Shown: positions 10,293 to 19,143, numbered from the stretch's first letter. The stretch: 64,000 nt of DNA from Candidatus Falkowbacteria bacterium (GCA_963774955.1 CAVZGV010000006.1:159224-223223); one strand, 5' to 3'. Numbers and translations are program-made. Notes: generated by a model from the sequence alone, not told the origin.

Positions 10293-10508
10293 TTAACATT
10301 TTGAAGCTACAATGATGGCAATGCCGATCACTACAGCTGCCAATAAAATCGCTGCAGCTAAAGGTTTTTTCATAACTCCTCGCAACGCTTTCGTATCAAC
10401 GACCAAACGATCAACTATCCAGACTGCGATAGCAAAACATACGGCTGAAGATATGGCCACCACAAAAATCCAGCCCAAGAGAATTACATAGTTGTTTAGA
10501 AATAACAT
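10293..10508 (-). CDS. Small two-TM membrane protein (hypothetical)
   Basis: 71 aa, two hydrophobic helices. No recognisable motif. Confidence 0.3.
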   Translation of the reverse strand: MLFLNNYVILLGWIFVVAISSAVCFAIAVWIVDRLVVDTKALRGVMKKPLAAAILLAAVVIGIAIIVASKC

Positions 10509-10607
10509 ATTACCCCTTCGCCCTCTGAAGCTCGAAGAGCGAAAGAGGGCCTTAATGATTTATTTTTCAGCCATAGGCTGATCCGCCTTTGGCGGATATT
10601 TTAATGT

Positions 10608-11519
10608 TTAGAATTTAACCGGAATACTGACCAAGTTGACTTCGGTCTCACCGTCTTTGCCAAAAACTTCAACAAAACCCTCTTTAGTCGTGGAAAATTC
10701 ATAAGATATTTTCAGGCTAAACTCGCCGAAACCGTCTGCCCCGATATTTTTAACAGAGCCTGAAACATCAATCAAAGTCTGGCCACTTTTACTTTTAACC
10801 CGGGCATAAATTTTATTATCCGCTGTTTTGGCTTTGCCTTCAATCTGAATCGGCGAACTCAGCTGTTCATCACCAACCGGCGAGCTAACTGTAATATCTC
10901 CGCTGGTGACAGAAGGCTTCGTTGTCGGAGTTGCGGTTGATCCGCATTTTTCAATTTTCAACATATCGCCTGTGCATGAATTATACCACCCTTCCTGATC
11001 AGTCCCAATTTTTCGGCATTCTTTATGACACTGCCCTTTACGGCATTCAATACGGAAATAAGCCCATTCTTCGCAAATACTTTCATCGCTAAAAACGCAG
11101 ATTGCCGCTTCACCTCCATCTTTAGTAAAGGCTTCTGAAGTCCCGCCGTCTTCCTTACATTTGGTTGCCGCTGGATTTGCCAAGGCAACATTTATATTAT
11201 CATTCAAATTGGTATTTACGTTAACATTATCATTAATATTTGTATTCACATTTGTATTGATGTTCGAATTGGAATTAATATTTGTATTCGCGTTGCTATT
11301 CACCTTAATCAGGTCATCACCGGTTAATGCGTTTCTAAGCAGACACCAGCCTGGGACATAATCCTCACCCTGAAAAACCTTAGTAATCTGACAAAGGGGG
11401 GAAAAAATAGTTGCCCAAAAGCCGACCGGAGAAAACGGCACTAAAAAGTAAACAATAAAAAACAAAATCAGCAAAATGTTTAATAAAAGTGATAATTTAC
11501 CGGTTGTTTTTGATTTCAT
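10608..11519 (-). CDS. Secreted/anchored hypothetical protein with Asn-rich tandem repeats and a Cys-rich domain
   Basis: N-terminal TM/signal. Low-complexity NTNINSNSNINTNVNTNINDNVNVNTNLNDNINV stretch encoded by imperfect hexanucleotide repeats (about 11170..11310), then a 10-Cys module. Confidence 0.6.
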   Translation of the reverse strand: MKSKTTGKLSLLLNILLILFFIVYFLVPFSPVGFWATIFSPLCQITKVFQGEDYVPGWCLLRNALTGDDLIKVNSNANTNINSNSNINTNVNTNINDNVNVNTNLNDNINVALANPAATKCKEDGGTSEAFTKDGGEAAICVFSDESICEEWAYFRIECRKGQCHKECRKIGTDQEGWYNSCTGDMLKIEKCGSTATPTTKPSVTSGDITVSSPVGDEQLSSPIQIEGKAKTADNKIYARVKSKSGQTLIDVSGSVKNIGADGFGEFSLKISYEFSTTKEGFVEVFGKDGETEVNLVSIPVKF

Positions 11520-11705
11520 ATGGTTAAGCCTTAATTCTTAATTCTTATTGTTATATATTATAGCATAAGTCCTACTCATTCGCTAATTACCTCGCATATT
11601 AGTATATTCTTATCCAATTAGTAAATTCCTTTAGTAACAAATTAAAAAGCTCGCAGTTGCCCGCAAGCTTTAAATCCCCTCATTTGGGGACGGAAGTCAA
11701 ATGTC

Positions 11706-12221
11706 TTATTGCTCTTTCTTCTTAAAAAAGACCTCAGCATAATGTACTATTTTTTTCTGGACCTCACTAACCAAATAGATCAGTTCCCGAAAAAACTCAT
11801 ACGATATCGCAAATGGAAATAGTACTACGATGTAGATGAAAGGTACTGCGCACATTAGTAATAATGTCGCAATCCAGACAGGCACAAAAATAAGCCCCGC
11901 ATCCTTATCAACGAAAAGCATAAGGAGTAAAAATCCAAAGTATATCAGCATAACTATACTGAAAATGGCATCAAATAGCATCCATTTAACACCACTCCAG
12001 CCATCTCGTATAGCCTTCGGGATGGCAAATATTCCGTACACGGCTAAAACAATTGCCAGAAGAATAAGAATAATAATTCCGACAAGAAATCCATCAACTA
12101 AAAATGACTCATCAATGTTAGGTGCAATCTCTTGGATTAAAGACTTAGCCAAAGATTTAAAAGGATAACCTATTAAACAAGCCAGCAATATCCCTTTTAA
12201 AACAAAGGTTCTTTTGTTCAT
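11706..12221 (-). CDS. Polytopic membrane protein (hypothetical)
   Basis: 171 aa with 4 predicted TM helices. Confidence 0.5.
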   Translation of the reverse strand: MNKRTFVLKGILLACLIGYPFKSLAKSLIQEIAPNIDESFLVDGFLVGIIILILLAIVLAVYGIFAIPKAIRDGWSGVKWMLFDAIFSIVMLIYFGFLLLMLFVDKDAGLIFVPVWIATLLLMCAVPFIYIVVLFPFAISYEFFRELIYLVSEVQKKIVHYAEVFFKKKEQ

Positions 12222-12438
12222 CAGATCCTCCTGACCTTATTAGTTTAAAAAACGCTTATTTGCTTCCGACATAACACCGCAAACCTCCAGCCAACATGGT
12301 CTGGATATTTAATATTTACATATAATTACACCCTCTGTCAATAAGGGTGCAACTTCATCCAACCGCACATAACTTCATAAAACCTCATATAACCTCAATT
12401 AAAAAAGCCTGCAGTTACCTGCAAGCTTTGCTGTTCCT

Positions 12439-13080
12439 TCATTTTGGGACGAAATTTTCCGTGGCGACTTTTAATTTCCCCAAAACATTTTCATAAATCG
12501 TGACCGAAGCGTTTTGGTAGAATTTGTCCCGGTGTCGTTGTTCAGCTTCTGCGAGACTTATCTGCTGAATCACTCTGGCATAAAGGATCATCCAGCTGCC
12601 ATGTCCGACAATCAACACGTCTTTACCAGCATAAAATTCGCGCAAATCAGCATTGAACGAATGAATGGCGAGTTCCACATCCTGGCCAGCTTGTCCGCCA
12701 AGTGCCCGATTATGAAACCAGCCTTCGCGCTTTTGAATTCTTGCTTCTTCCGGGTAAAACCTTTCGACCATTTCCCTGGGCATGGTATGCCAAATACCGC
12801 GCCAGTGCTCATTTAACCGGGAATCAATCACTGTCGGTGCACAACCCAACATTTCCAACAAAGTTTCCTGGGTTCGTCTGAAAGTTGAAGTAAAACAGGC
12901 ATCAAATGTGCCAAATTTTGCTTTCAGATATTCCCCGGTTTTTTGCGCCTGATCTCGGCCTTTAACTGTTAGAGGAAATTGGTGATTAGGTACCATTTCC
13001 AAGGATTCATCATCCCTACCCCTGGCATTACCTTCTGACTCAGCATGACGCACAATTACGATTCTTCTCGGCCAACCCAT
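12439..13080 (-). CDS. Histidine phosphatase family protein (phosphoglycerate-mutase-like)
   Basis: N-terminal IVIVRHAESEGN catalytic RHG motif. GC content is clearly higher than the surrounding genes. Confidence 0.75.
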   Translation of the reverse strand: MGWPRRIVIVRHAESEGNARGRDDESLEMVPNHQFPLTVKGRDQAQKTGEYLKAKFGTFDACFTSTFRRTQETLLEMLGCAPTVIDSRLNEHWRGIWHTMPREMVERFYPEEARIQKREGWFHNRALGGQAGQDVELAIHSFNADLREFYAGKDVLIVGHGSWMILYARVIQQISLAEAEQRHRDKFYQNASVTIYENVLGKLKVATENFVPK

Positions 13081-13091
13081 CTTTATCTCCT

Positions 13092-13421
13092 TTAAAAATT
13101 AATCCGGAATTCCAGACCATAAGGCTGAAAGCCCAAAGCCTGATAAAACTCGTGGACCAAAAGTCGTTCCTGCCTACTGGTGGCAATCAACTTATAACAG
13201 CCATATTCTCTGGCTTCATTTATTACCTTCTTAACCAACATTTTGCCCAGACCCTTTTTACGTTGCGATTCTGCCACCCACAAATCTTCCACCAGGCCAA
13301 AGGGCTGATCATGAAGATCATTATGCAAAATGTATAAATGTACGCGGGCGACTTCACGTTTTCTGATAACAACGGCAAAACGAATGCCGAAAGTATAGCG
13401 ATGATAAATTTTAACTTCCAT
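13092..13421 (-). CDS. GNAT-family N-acetyltransferase (short)
   Basis: RKKGLGKMLVKKVINEAREYGCYKLIATS resembles the acetyl-CoA binding motif A of GNATs. Confidence 0.55.
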   Translation of the reverse strand: MEVKIYHRYTFGIRFAVVIRKREVARVHLYILHNDLHDQPFGLVEDLWVAESQRKKGLGKMLVKKVINEAREYGCYKLIATSRQERLLVHEFYQALGFQPYGLEFRINF

Positions 13422-13455
13422 TTTTCCTCCTTGCCCCGCTACGCAGGGCTATATT

Positions 13456-13980
13456 TCAAAGAACGTGGTAATTATTATTAACCTTATTAAAAATAAATCT
13501 TATAATCTCCTGAATTTCTATATTAGCCGTATTAAACTCATCTTCACCGCTTATTTTAAAAGTCTCCTGCCAATAATCAATTATTTCCTTTTCTGTCACT
13601 TTGTATTTAACATCTGGAATCTCGCGGTTTAAATTACGGCATAAACAAACATGCAAGGGCGGATAAAGCAGAAAGGAATGAAATTCATAATTATATTTTT
13701 CCGCCAGTTCTTTATAGGCTTCATACTGGTATTTCTTTGAGGAATGGATATCAGCCAGAATATTTCTTCCCCGCTTCATTAATTCCTCGGCTAAGTGCAA
13801 AGCAGATTCAAAGGCTAATTCTGTCCGCCAGGGACTAGGCTGAGTCCAGTCAATTGCTCTTTTAAAAGCGTCAAAATCAATATAGCTGGCATTATCAAAT
13901 TTATCTTTAAGCAAACTTATGGTCGTGGTTTTACCGGCACAAATCGGACCGCGGATAATAATTATTTTAGGAGTTGCCAT
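13456..13980 (-). CDS. P-loop NTPase / small kinase-like protein
   Basis: Walker A IIIIRGPICAGKTTT near the N-terminus. 174 aa. Confidence 0.55.
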   Translation of the reverse strand: MATPKIIIIRGPICAGKTTTISLLKDKFDNASYIDFDAFKRAIDWTQPSPWRTELAFESALHLAEELMKRGRNILADIHSSKKYQYEAYKELAEKYNYEFHSFLLYPPLHVCLCRNLNREIPDVKYKVTEKEIIDYWQETFKISGEDEFNTANIEIQEIIRFIFNKVNNNYHVL

Positions 13981-14055
13981 AATGAGTACGGATCTTAGAT
14001 TTTGGATTTTAGATTATCAATTATAACTAAAATCTAGAACCTAGAATCTAAAACC

Positions 14056-14799
14056 TTATTTTAATAATTCCCACAGCCTTAAAAATATAATCTTTTGAGT
14101 TACATAAATCATTTTATTTTCAATAATCACGCCAACCGGCTGAGCCTTGGCATCGCGGGAAATAAAAGCGCACTTATCAGCATAAATAATAATATAAGTT
14201 TTTTGTTGGCTATCTTCGGCATTTAAATACTTGCGTTCATCCATACCGCGCAGTTCACCCTGTTTAGCAAAGGATATTGTCCTGACCTTAATTTTATTTT
14301 TTATGCGTTTATCAGAAAAATCTTCAAAGCCCTGATACAGATCTTTAGTAATGCCGGCGGCTGAATAAACAAAGTATTCTTTCTCTTCAGCCAGGATCAT
14401 GGAATCAAGCACGTCATCCAAAATCTGATGCACACCTTTTTTACCTTCGTAAAATTTTACAATCGGCATATTGCCGCCTTTATCCTGCAGAGCTTTTAAT
14501 TCAGGAATCAAATCCCCGAAATTAGCCTTAACCTTTTGCAGTTCTTTTTCCTTGTTTTCCACCAGCTTAACTAAAGTGACCGGATCTTCAGCCACAAATT
14601 TCTGCTTGGTATCCTGATGGAAATAAGTAACCAAGCCTTTTTCCTGCAAACTTTTCAAGAGGTCATAGGCTGTGCCCCTATTCACATCAGCCAGTTCAGC
14701 CAAAGAGCGCACCGAAATCGCGCCATATTCCAAAAGCGTCAAATAAACTTTAATTTCCTTGTCAGTAAGTCCTAATTTTTTAAATAATGTTAAATCCAT
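14056..14799 (-). CDS. TrmB-family transcriptional regulator
   Basis: N-terminal HTH LGLTDKEIKVYLTLLEYGAISVRSLAELADVNRGTAYDLLKSLQEKGLV is typical of TrmB regulators. A C-terminal sensor domain follows. Confidence 0.75.
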   Translation of the reverse strand: MDLTLFKKLGLTDKEIKVYLTLLEYGAISVRSLAELADVNRGTAYDLLKSLQEKGLVTYFHQDTKQKFVAEDPVTLVKLVENKEKELQKVKANFGDLIPELKALQDKGGNMPIVKFYEGKKGVHQILDDVLDSMILAEEKEYFVYSAAGITKDLYQGFEDFSDKRIKNKIKVRTISFAKQGELRGMDERKYLNAEDSQQKTYIIIYADKCAFISRDAKAQPVGVIIENKMIYVTQKIIFLRLWELLK

Positions 14800-15524
14800 A
14801 CGAATGAAAATAGTAATTAGTTATTAATAATTGGTAATTTATTTAAATCTCTAAATGATACAACGATAATTGGGTATTTTTTCGATTTTCTTTTTTATAT
14901 TTTATTTTTTAAAATCAATCTAAGAATTATTTTTCCAACTAAGCCTTAGATTGATCCTGAAGCACACGCTTCAGGATGTGAGATGTATTACCCGCTTAGT
15001 AATGAATACCAAACTAAGTGATTAAATTTTGAAACTCGGGGACAACTATACCCACCCCTACATTTCGTAACTTTCCCTCCGCCGTCCACTTGGTTAATAT
15101 TATTCGGGTAACGCTCTGTTTTTATCCCTCATCATAGATTTTTTCTACGATGAAAATTGTTGAAGGTCGAAGGAGATCCAGGCGGAAAGCGGCAGAGCCA
15201 TTTAGTTAATATTCGTGTGAATATTAGACTAAATGAACTCTGCGCGCCTCCCAACCCGGAATCTCCCTCGACCTTTTTTTAATGTACTACACGCCCTCCA
15301 TTTATCACTATTCTACTTTCATCATATACCCGCCCAAAATATTTGTCAAGTATTTTTCTACAAGTTTAAATTAGAATAGTGTATTTTACTTAATTTTAGC
15401 TTAATTATTATATATATTTTGTCAACATATTTTACTATAAAAAACAAAGTTATCCACAACGTACTAGAACTCGCAACGCTCGTTCAGTACGTTGCAGGCA
15501 GCAACAAAAAAGCGCAAACGACCT

Positions 15525-16610
15525 TTGTCTTTTGTCATTTCGGGTAAATGGTACCCAAACTGGTTGGTGAAAAGACAAAATTTCTGTTAAGGTTAGATTA
15601 AAATTGATACTTAATATTAAACTGGTTCAATATTATGAAAAAAAACTTGTCCAGATTGCTCCTCTAATAATGTAATTTTTTATGGCCAAAATGATTGCGG
15701 ACGGCAAAGATTCAAGTGCGGGAAGTGCAATCGACTGTTTGTTTTCCGCAATGCAAAGAATAAATTGAACCGCCAACTTAAATGGTTTAAATTATGGATA
15801 GCCGAAGGATATTCAGTCAGGCAAATTTCGGGAATTAGCCACCACAGCAGGAAAACAATTAAGGGAATAATCAGTTATTGGCTCGCAAAATTACCGAGCC
15901 CTTTAAACGTACAAACCGGAATAAAATATCTGCTTTTTGATGGTACATATTTCCACCGCATGAATTGCTTAATGCTGGCAATGAATAATGCCAATGGCCA
16001 AATCATCACAAATAGGTATTTAAGGCGTGAAAATTACTTTGCCGCCCTTGAGCTGTTCAAGGAGCTGTCAGATAAAGGAATCAAGCCTACAGCCATTACA
16101 ATTGACGGTAATACTAGCGTAATTAGAGCCTTAAAGGACGCATGGCCGAATATCGTAATACAGCGCTGTATCGTTCATATCCAGAGGCAGGGATTATCTT
16201 GGTTAAGAATGCGTCCTAAACTGGAGCCATCGATACAATTACGCAAGATATTACTGGCGGTAACAAACATTAACAATTATCCGGAAAAACATAAATTTAT
16301 TTCAGATTTTCATAAGTGGGAAAGAAAATTCGGCAAAGCGGTTTCAAGACTCGACTGTAACCACAAAGTCTTTAGTGATTTGCAAAGAACTAGAAGCTTA
16401 GTAATTCATGCCTTGCCCGACATGTTCCATTATTTAGATAATCCGAATATCGCCAAATCAACGAATAAACTTGAAGGATATTTTTCTCGTTTAAAAAGAT
16501 TGTATCGCCAGCATTCAGGATTAAGCAAAGATAACAGAAACAATTACATTAGCTGGTATATTCATTTCAAAAATCATTAATTCACCAACCAGTTTGGACC
16601 CCTTATACCC
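15525..16610 (+). mobile_element. IS1595-family-like insertion sequence, copy 1 (ends partly eroded)
   Basis: 1086 bp identical (100%) to 20301..21386. Terminal inverted repeats ggtacccaaactggttggtgaa / ttcaccaaccagtttggacccc. Encodes a zinc-ribbon DDE transposase. Confidence 0.8.
15765..16580 (+). CDS. DDE transposase, IS1595/ISXO2-like (C-terminal TNKLEGYFSRLKR ... NNYISWYIHFKN signature)
   Basis: 271-aa ORF. The same frame upstream (no ATG) encodes a zinc ribbon, CPDC-x15-CGRQRFKCGKC. An ATG at 15635 sits in another frame immediately 5' of an A8 run (15638..15645), so the full protein probably needs a +1 shift or transcriptional slippage. Confidence 0.75.
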   Translation: MNRQLKWFKLWIAEGYSVRQISGISHHSRKTIKGIISYWLAKLPSPLNVQTGIKYLLFDGTYFHRMNCLMLAMNNANGQIITNRYLRRENYFAALELFKELSDKGIKPTAITIDGNTSVIRALKDAWPNIVIQRCIVHIQRQGLSWLRMRPKLEPSIQLRKILLAVTNINNYPEKHKFISDFHKWERKFGKAVSRLDCNHKVFSDLQRTRSLVIHALPDMFHYLDNPNIAKSTNKLEGYFSRLKRLYRQHSGLSKDNRNNYISWYIHFKNH

Positions 16611-16775
16611 ATTTCGACCGGAGTGGAGAAATCCCTCAATAATCTAAGGGATGCCTCCATTTCAGTCGGTATGACAAATGGCATTTACGCTTCCCTATTT
16701 CCAATCCCTAATTCCTCAATCTTGACTTTACCTCATTTTTCTGCTAAACTTCCCTATTACCGATAAGGAGGCAAC

Positions 16776-17390
16776 ATGGATTTAAGGCCCATTCTTAAAC
16801 CCTATCTAAAAGGCGAACTAGTCACCATTTGGACAATTTGCCCGGTAACATCCTGGGAACATTTTCAAAAAGTCGGCCTGATCAAGGCTGATGGCCGCCG
16901 CGCCATGAAGAGTTACCGCGAAGCCTATCATTGGCTGATCGAGCAAATGGTAAAAAAAATACCAGGTCATAAACCTGGTCAATTCCCCACCTGGGCCTGG
17001 TATTATCCCCGCCCCGACCTACGCCACATAGCGCATTTAGCCACAGGGACCAAAGGGATATTGCTAACCTGCAAAGTCCCCGGCCAAAGAATGCTGCTGT
17101 CTGACTTTGGCGCCTGGCACCATGTGCTTAACCAATGGTATTTGCCGCTGACCAAAGAAGAAGATGATGCAGCCGACGAGGAAGAACGAGGCTGGTACAA
17201 ACTGCCAAATATCAGCCAAAAATACTGGCAGTTGCGCCTGGAAAAAAACATGCCCAGCTGGCAGCGTATCTTCGATCTGCAGGCTCTCAATAAATCAAAA
17301 CTGCTTGGTCCGGTTGAACAGATCCAAGCGACTGTTTCTTACATCAGACTGGACGAGGTGGTAAAAGTTACACCTTTTACTGCCCGCTAA
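16776..17390 (+). CDS. Hypothetical protein (GC-elevated, no recognised domain)
   Basis: 204 aa, about 50% GC against an AT-rich flank. Followed by an intrinsic terminator. Confidence 0.5.
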   Translation: MDLRPILKPYLKGELVTIWTICPVTSWEHFQKVGLIKADGRRAMKSYREAYHWLIEQMVKKIPGHKPGQFPTWAWYYPRPDLRHIAHLATGTKGILLTCKVPGQRMLLSDFGAWHHVLNQWYLPLTKEEDDAADEEERGWYKLPNISQKYWQLRLEKNMPSWQRIFDLQALNKSKLLGPVEQIQATVSYIRLDEVVKVTPFTAR

Positions 17391-17413
17391 GAACCCTCCG
17401 GGGTTCTTTTTTA
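17391..17413. terminator. Rho-independent terminator (gaaccctccggggttc plus T6), likely bidirectional
   Basis: Perfect 6-bp GC stem with a T-run. Lies between two convergent genes. Confidence 0.7.
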
Positions 17414-17447
17414 TATCAAAAAAGAGGACGATGCCCTCTTTATAATG

Positions 17448-18404
17448 CTAGTTTAAAAGCTCTATAGCCTGCCAGTTAAATTTGAATAACCCTTTCCGAC
17501 CAAATGGCTTAATAATCCCATAGTAGCTTGGGATATTTCTAAAATTCAATTTCTGAAAAATACGCCGCATATTCATTCCAGATAATTTCCTGTCATAAGA
17601 ATAAATAATACTCCCTAAAAAATGCAATCCTTGCTCTGCCTTGATAATTATATCATTTTTGAGGTTTATATTCAGGTTAAGACGAGTATTTAAAAAATTT
17701 ACAGCCAAATTCCTAAGTTCTCCTGCCCTCTCTTTACTCCCAGCCAAGATTATAAAATCGTCTCCGTATCTTAAATAAGCCATTGGCTTTAATATATTTT
17801 TAACATAGCGGTCAAATTCATTCAAATAAATATTGGCGAAAATCTGGCTGGTCAAATTGCCGATGGGCATTCCCCCGTTATTGCCCAAATCATAACTTAT
17901 AATCACCTTGGCAATTAAATTAAAACTGAACTTATCTTTAATTCTTAATTTAATAATATCTAATAAAATTTCCTGGCCCACAGAATCAAAGAACTTCTTA
18001 ATGTCAGAACGCCAGACATAACTATCAGGATATTGGCGTAAAAATGATTGTGTTCTTTTAATGGCCTTATGCAATCCTTTGCCTTTTCGGCATGACCAAG
18101 CATCATAAATAAAAGTTTTATCGTAAATCTCCACCAGATAGTCATAAATCAGCCGATGAACAATTTTATCGCGTAACGGCGCGACCGAAATCGTCCGTTT
18201 CTTATTATCAGTCACCTCAAAATATCTGTAATTGCCCGGTTGATAATTGTCAGTTATCAGCTCTTCATGAAGCTTAAACAATTCCGGCTCCAGATTATAT
18301 TTAAACTCATCAAATTCATAAGTCCGCTTTTTGCCTTTTTGGTATTCGCCAAAACAGCGCCATAAATTTGCTACACTGATGTCCATGGAACCATATCCGG
18401 TCAT
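17448..18404 (-). CDS. Diversity-generating retroelement reverse transcriptase
   Basis: RT motifs 1-7 are present (RTISVAPLRDKIVHRLIY, DIKKFFDSV, YLRYGDDFIIL, GLHFLGSII). Motif 4 reads PIGNLTSQIFANIYL, the [I/L/V]GxxxSQ form typical of DGR RTs rather than the QGxxxSP of group II intron or retron RTs. Adjacent Avd, TR and VRs support the call. Confidence 0.85.
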   Translation of the reverse strand: MTGYGSMDISVANLWRCFGEYQKGKKRTYEFDEFKYNLEPELFKLHEELITDNYQPGNYRYFEVTDNKKRTISVAPLRDKIVHRLIYDYLVEIYDKTFIYDAWSCRKGKGLHKAIKRTQSFLRQYPDSYVWRSDIKKFFDSVGQEILLDIIKLRIKDKFSFNLIAKVIISYDLGNNGGMPIGNLTSQIFANIYLNEFDRYVKNILKPMAYLRYGDDFIILAGSKERAGELRNLAVNFLNTRLNLNINLKNDIIIKAEQGLHFLGSIIYSYDRKLSGMNMRRIFQKLNFRNIPSYYGIIKPFGRKGLFKFNWQAIELLN

Positions 18405-18729
18405 AAATTTAATTTACGAGGTTTATAAGCAGATTATAGACCTTGACAGCCGGCTGACTAAAAGGTGGCGCTATTCTCTAGGCGTGAGTCTGGAAAACAG
18501 CATTTTATCATGTCTGGAACTCTTGATCATGGCCAAGAACGCGCCCAAGCCGCTCAAAGCGCCCTATCTGTACAAGGCAGACGCGCAATTGGAAATAATC
18601 CGCCTCAAACTGCGATTGCTTCTGGAGCTGAAACTGGCGAATGAAACTAAACTTTTCCAATTGCAGAGCCAATTGCAGGAAATAGGGCGCCAAGTCGGCG
18701 GCTGGCTGAAATCAGCGCAGAATAAATAA
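18379..18729 (+). CDS. avd: DGR accessory variability determinant (Avd; four-helix-bundle, bAvd-like)
   Basis: About 117 aa. Its C-terminal half (YKADAQLEIIRLKLRLLLELK ... EIGRQVGGWLKS) resembles my recollection of Bordetella phage bAvd (YAADAGLAMLRFWLRFL ... EVGRILGSWIARV). Divergent from the RT, with start codons overlapping at CCATGG. Confidence 0.65.
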   Translation: MSMEPYPVINLIYEVYKQIIDLDSRLTKRWRYSLGVSLENSILSCLELLIMAKNAPKPLKAPYLYKADAQLEIIRLKLRLLLELKLANETKLFQLQSQLQEIGRQVGGWLKSAQNK

Positions 18730-18842
18730 AACTTTACCGAGGCCCGAACCGAATTATTGTCATTATGATTGTCTGGATTATTCCAATTCAAGTTGAACTG
18801 ATGATTATTCCGATTCCAATTGCCAAACGGCACAGCGCCCTT
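18727..18842 (-). repeat. DGR template repeat (TR)
   Basis: 113-bp block colinear with the 3' ends of the three target genes. In the sense (minus) orientation it is Asn/AAY-codon rich (NWNRNNHQFNLNWNNPDNHNDNN). All 41 mismatches to VR2/VR3 fall on TR adenines. Confidence 0.85.
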
Positions 18843-18963
18843 GATTGATTTAGCTTGTCCATATACCTTAGATCGTCGCAACGATCCTCGGTCCATTGGC
18901 TTGGATTTTTCATCCACAGTAGCCCGGGAGGGCGAAGGTGGATAAGCTAAACTCAAACGTAAA

Positions 18964-18993
18964 GTTATATTTATTATTTTGCGCAAACGACAA
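18964..18993 (-). promoter_or_regulatory. Candidate sigma70-like promoter for the TR (and RT) transcript (TTGTCG-18-TATAAC on the minus strand), overlapped by a TTTGCGCAAA palindrome
   Basis: Hexamers read on the minus strand. A 10-bp perfect palindrome at 18978..18987 lies in the spacer. A second copy is at 19028..19037. Confidence 0.3.
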
Positions 18994-19143
18994 TGCAGTC
19001 TTAAAAACTGATCATTGCGATTTTTGATTTGCGCAAATTTACGGTAGCTGAATCTAAGTTCAGCATGTATTCACCGTATTACTGATTTAAAAATACAAAG
19101 ACAAAATATAAAAGCCTCAAAACCAAAACCCAAAGTCCAAATC

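Noticed and set aside
13092-13980. GNAT plus P-loop kinase pair as a toxin-antitoxin module
   Set aside because: There is no recognisable antitoxin, no overlap or size pattern typical of GNAT-RHH systems, and the kinase motifs are generic.
14945-15290. Assignment of the structured region to tmRNA, RNase P RNA or SRP RNA
   Set aside because: Short resemblances exist (GGAAAG..GCC; ACCCGCTTAG), but they are not in the order or pairing expected for those RNAs. It is left as an unclassified candidate.
15505-15524. Possible tmRNA tag-region similarity (aaaaaagcgcaaacgacc) at the left flank of IS copy 1
   Set aside because: No tag-peptide reading frame or tRNA-like domain is nearby. The sequence more likely represents an eroded IS outer inverted repeat (compare gggcgaaaacgcccgttgtc at copy 2).
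17003-17364. Antisense or alternative-frame ORFs inside the 16776..17390 gene
   Set aside because: They are artefacts of the elevated GC of this gene and contain no motifs.
17448-18404. RT considered as a group II intron or retron reverse transcriptase
   Set aside because: Motif 4 is IGNLTSQ (the DGR-type SQ) and not QGxxxSP. There is no maturase/endonuclease tail or intron domain V/VI. The TR/VR pairs and Avd are all present.
18564-18986. 140-aa minus-strand ORF spanning the TR
   Set aside because: It is the TR read in the target-gene frame (Asn-rich NWNRNNHQFNLNWNNPDNHNDNN) running into non-coding sequence. There is no independent coding evidence, and it overlaps avd on the other strand.
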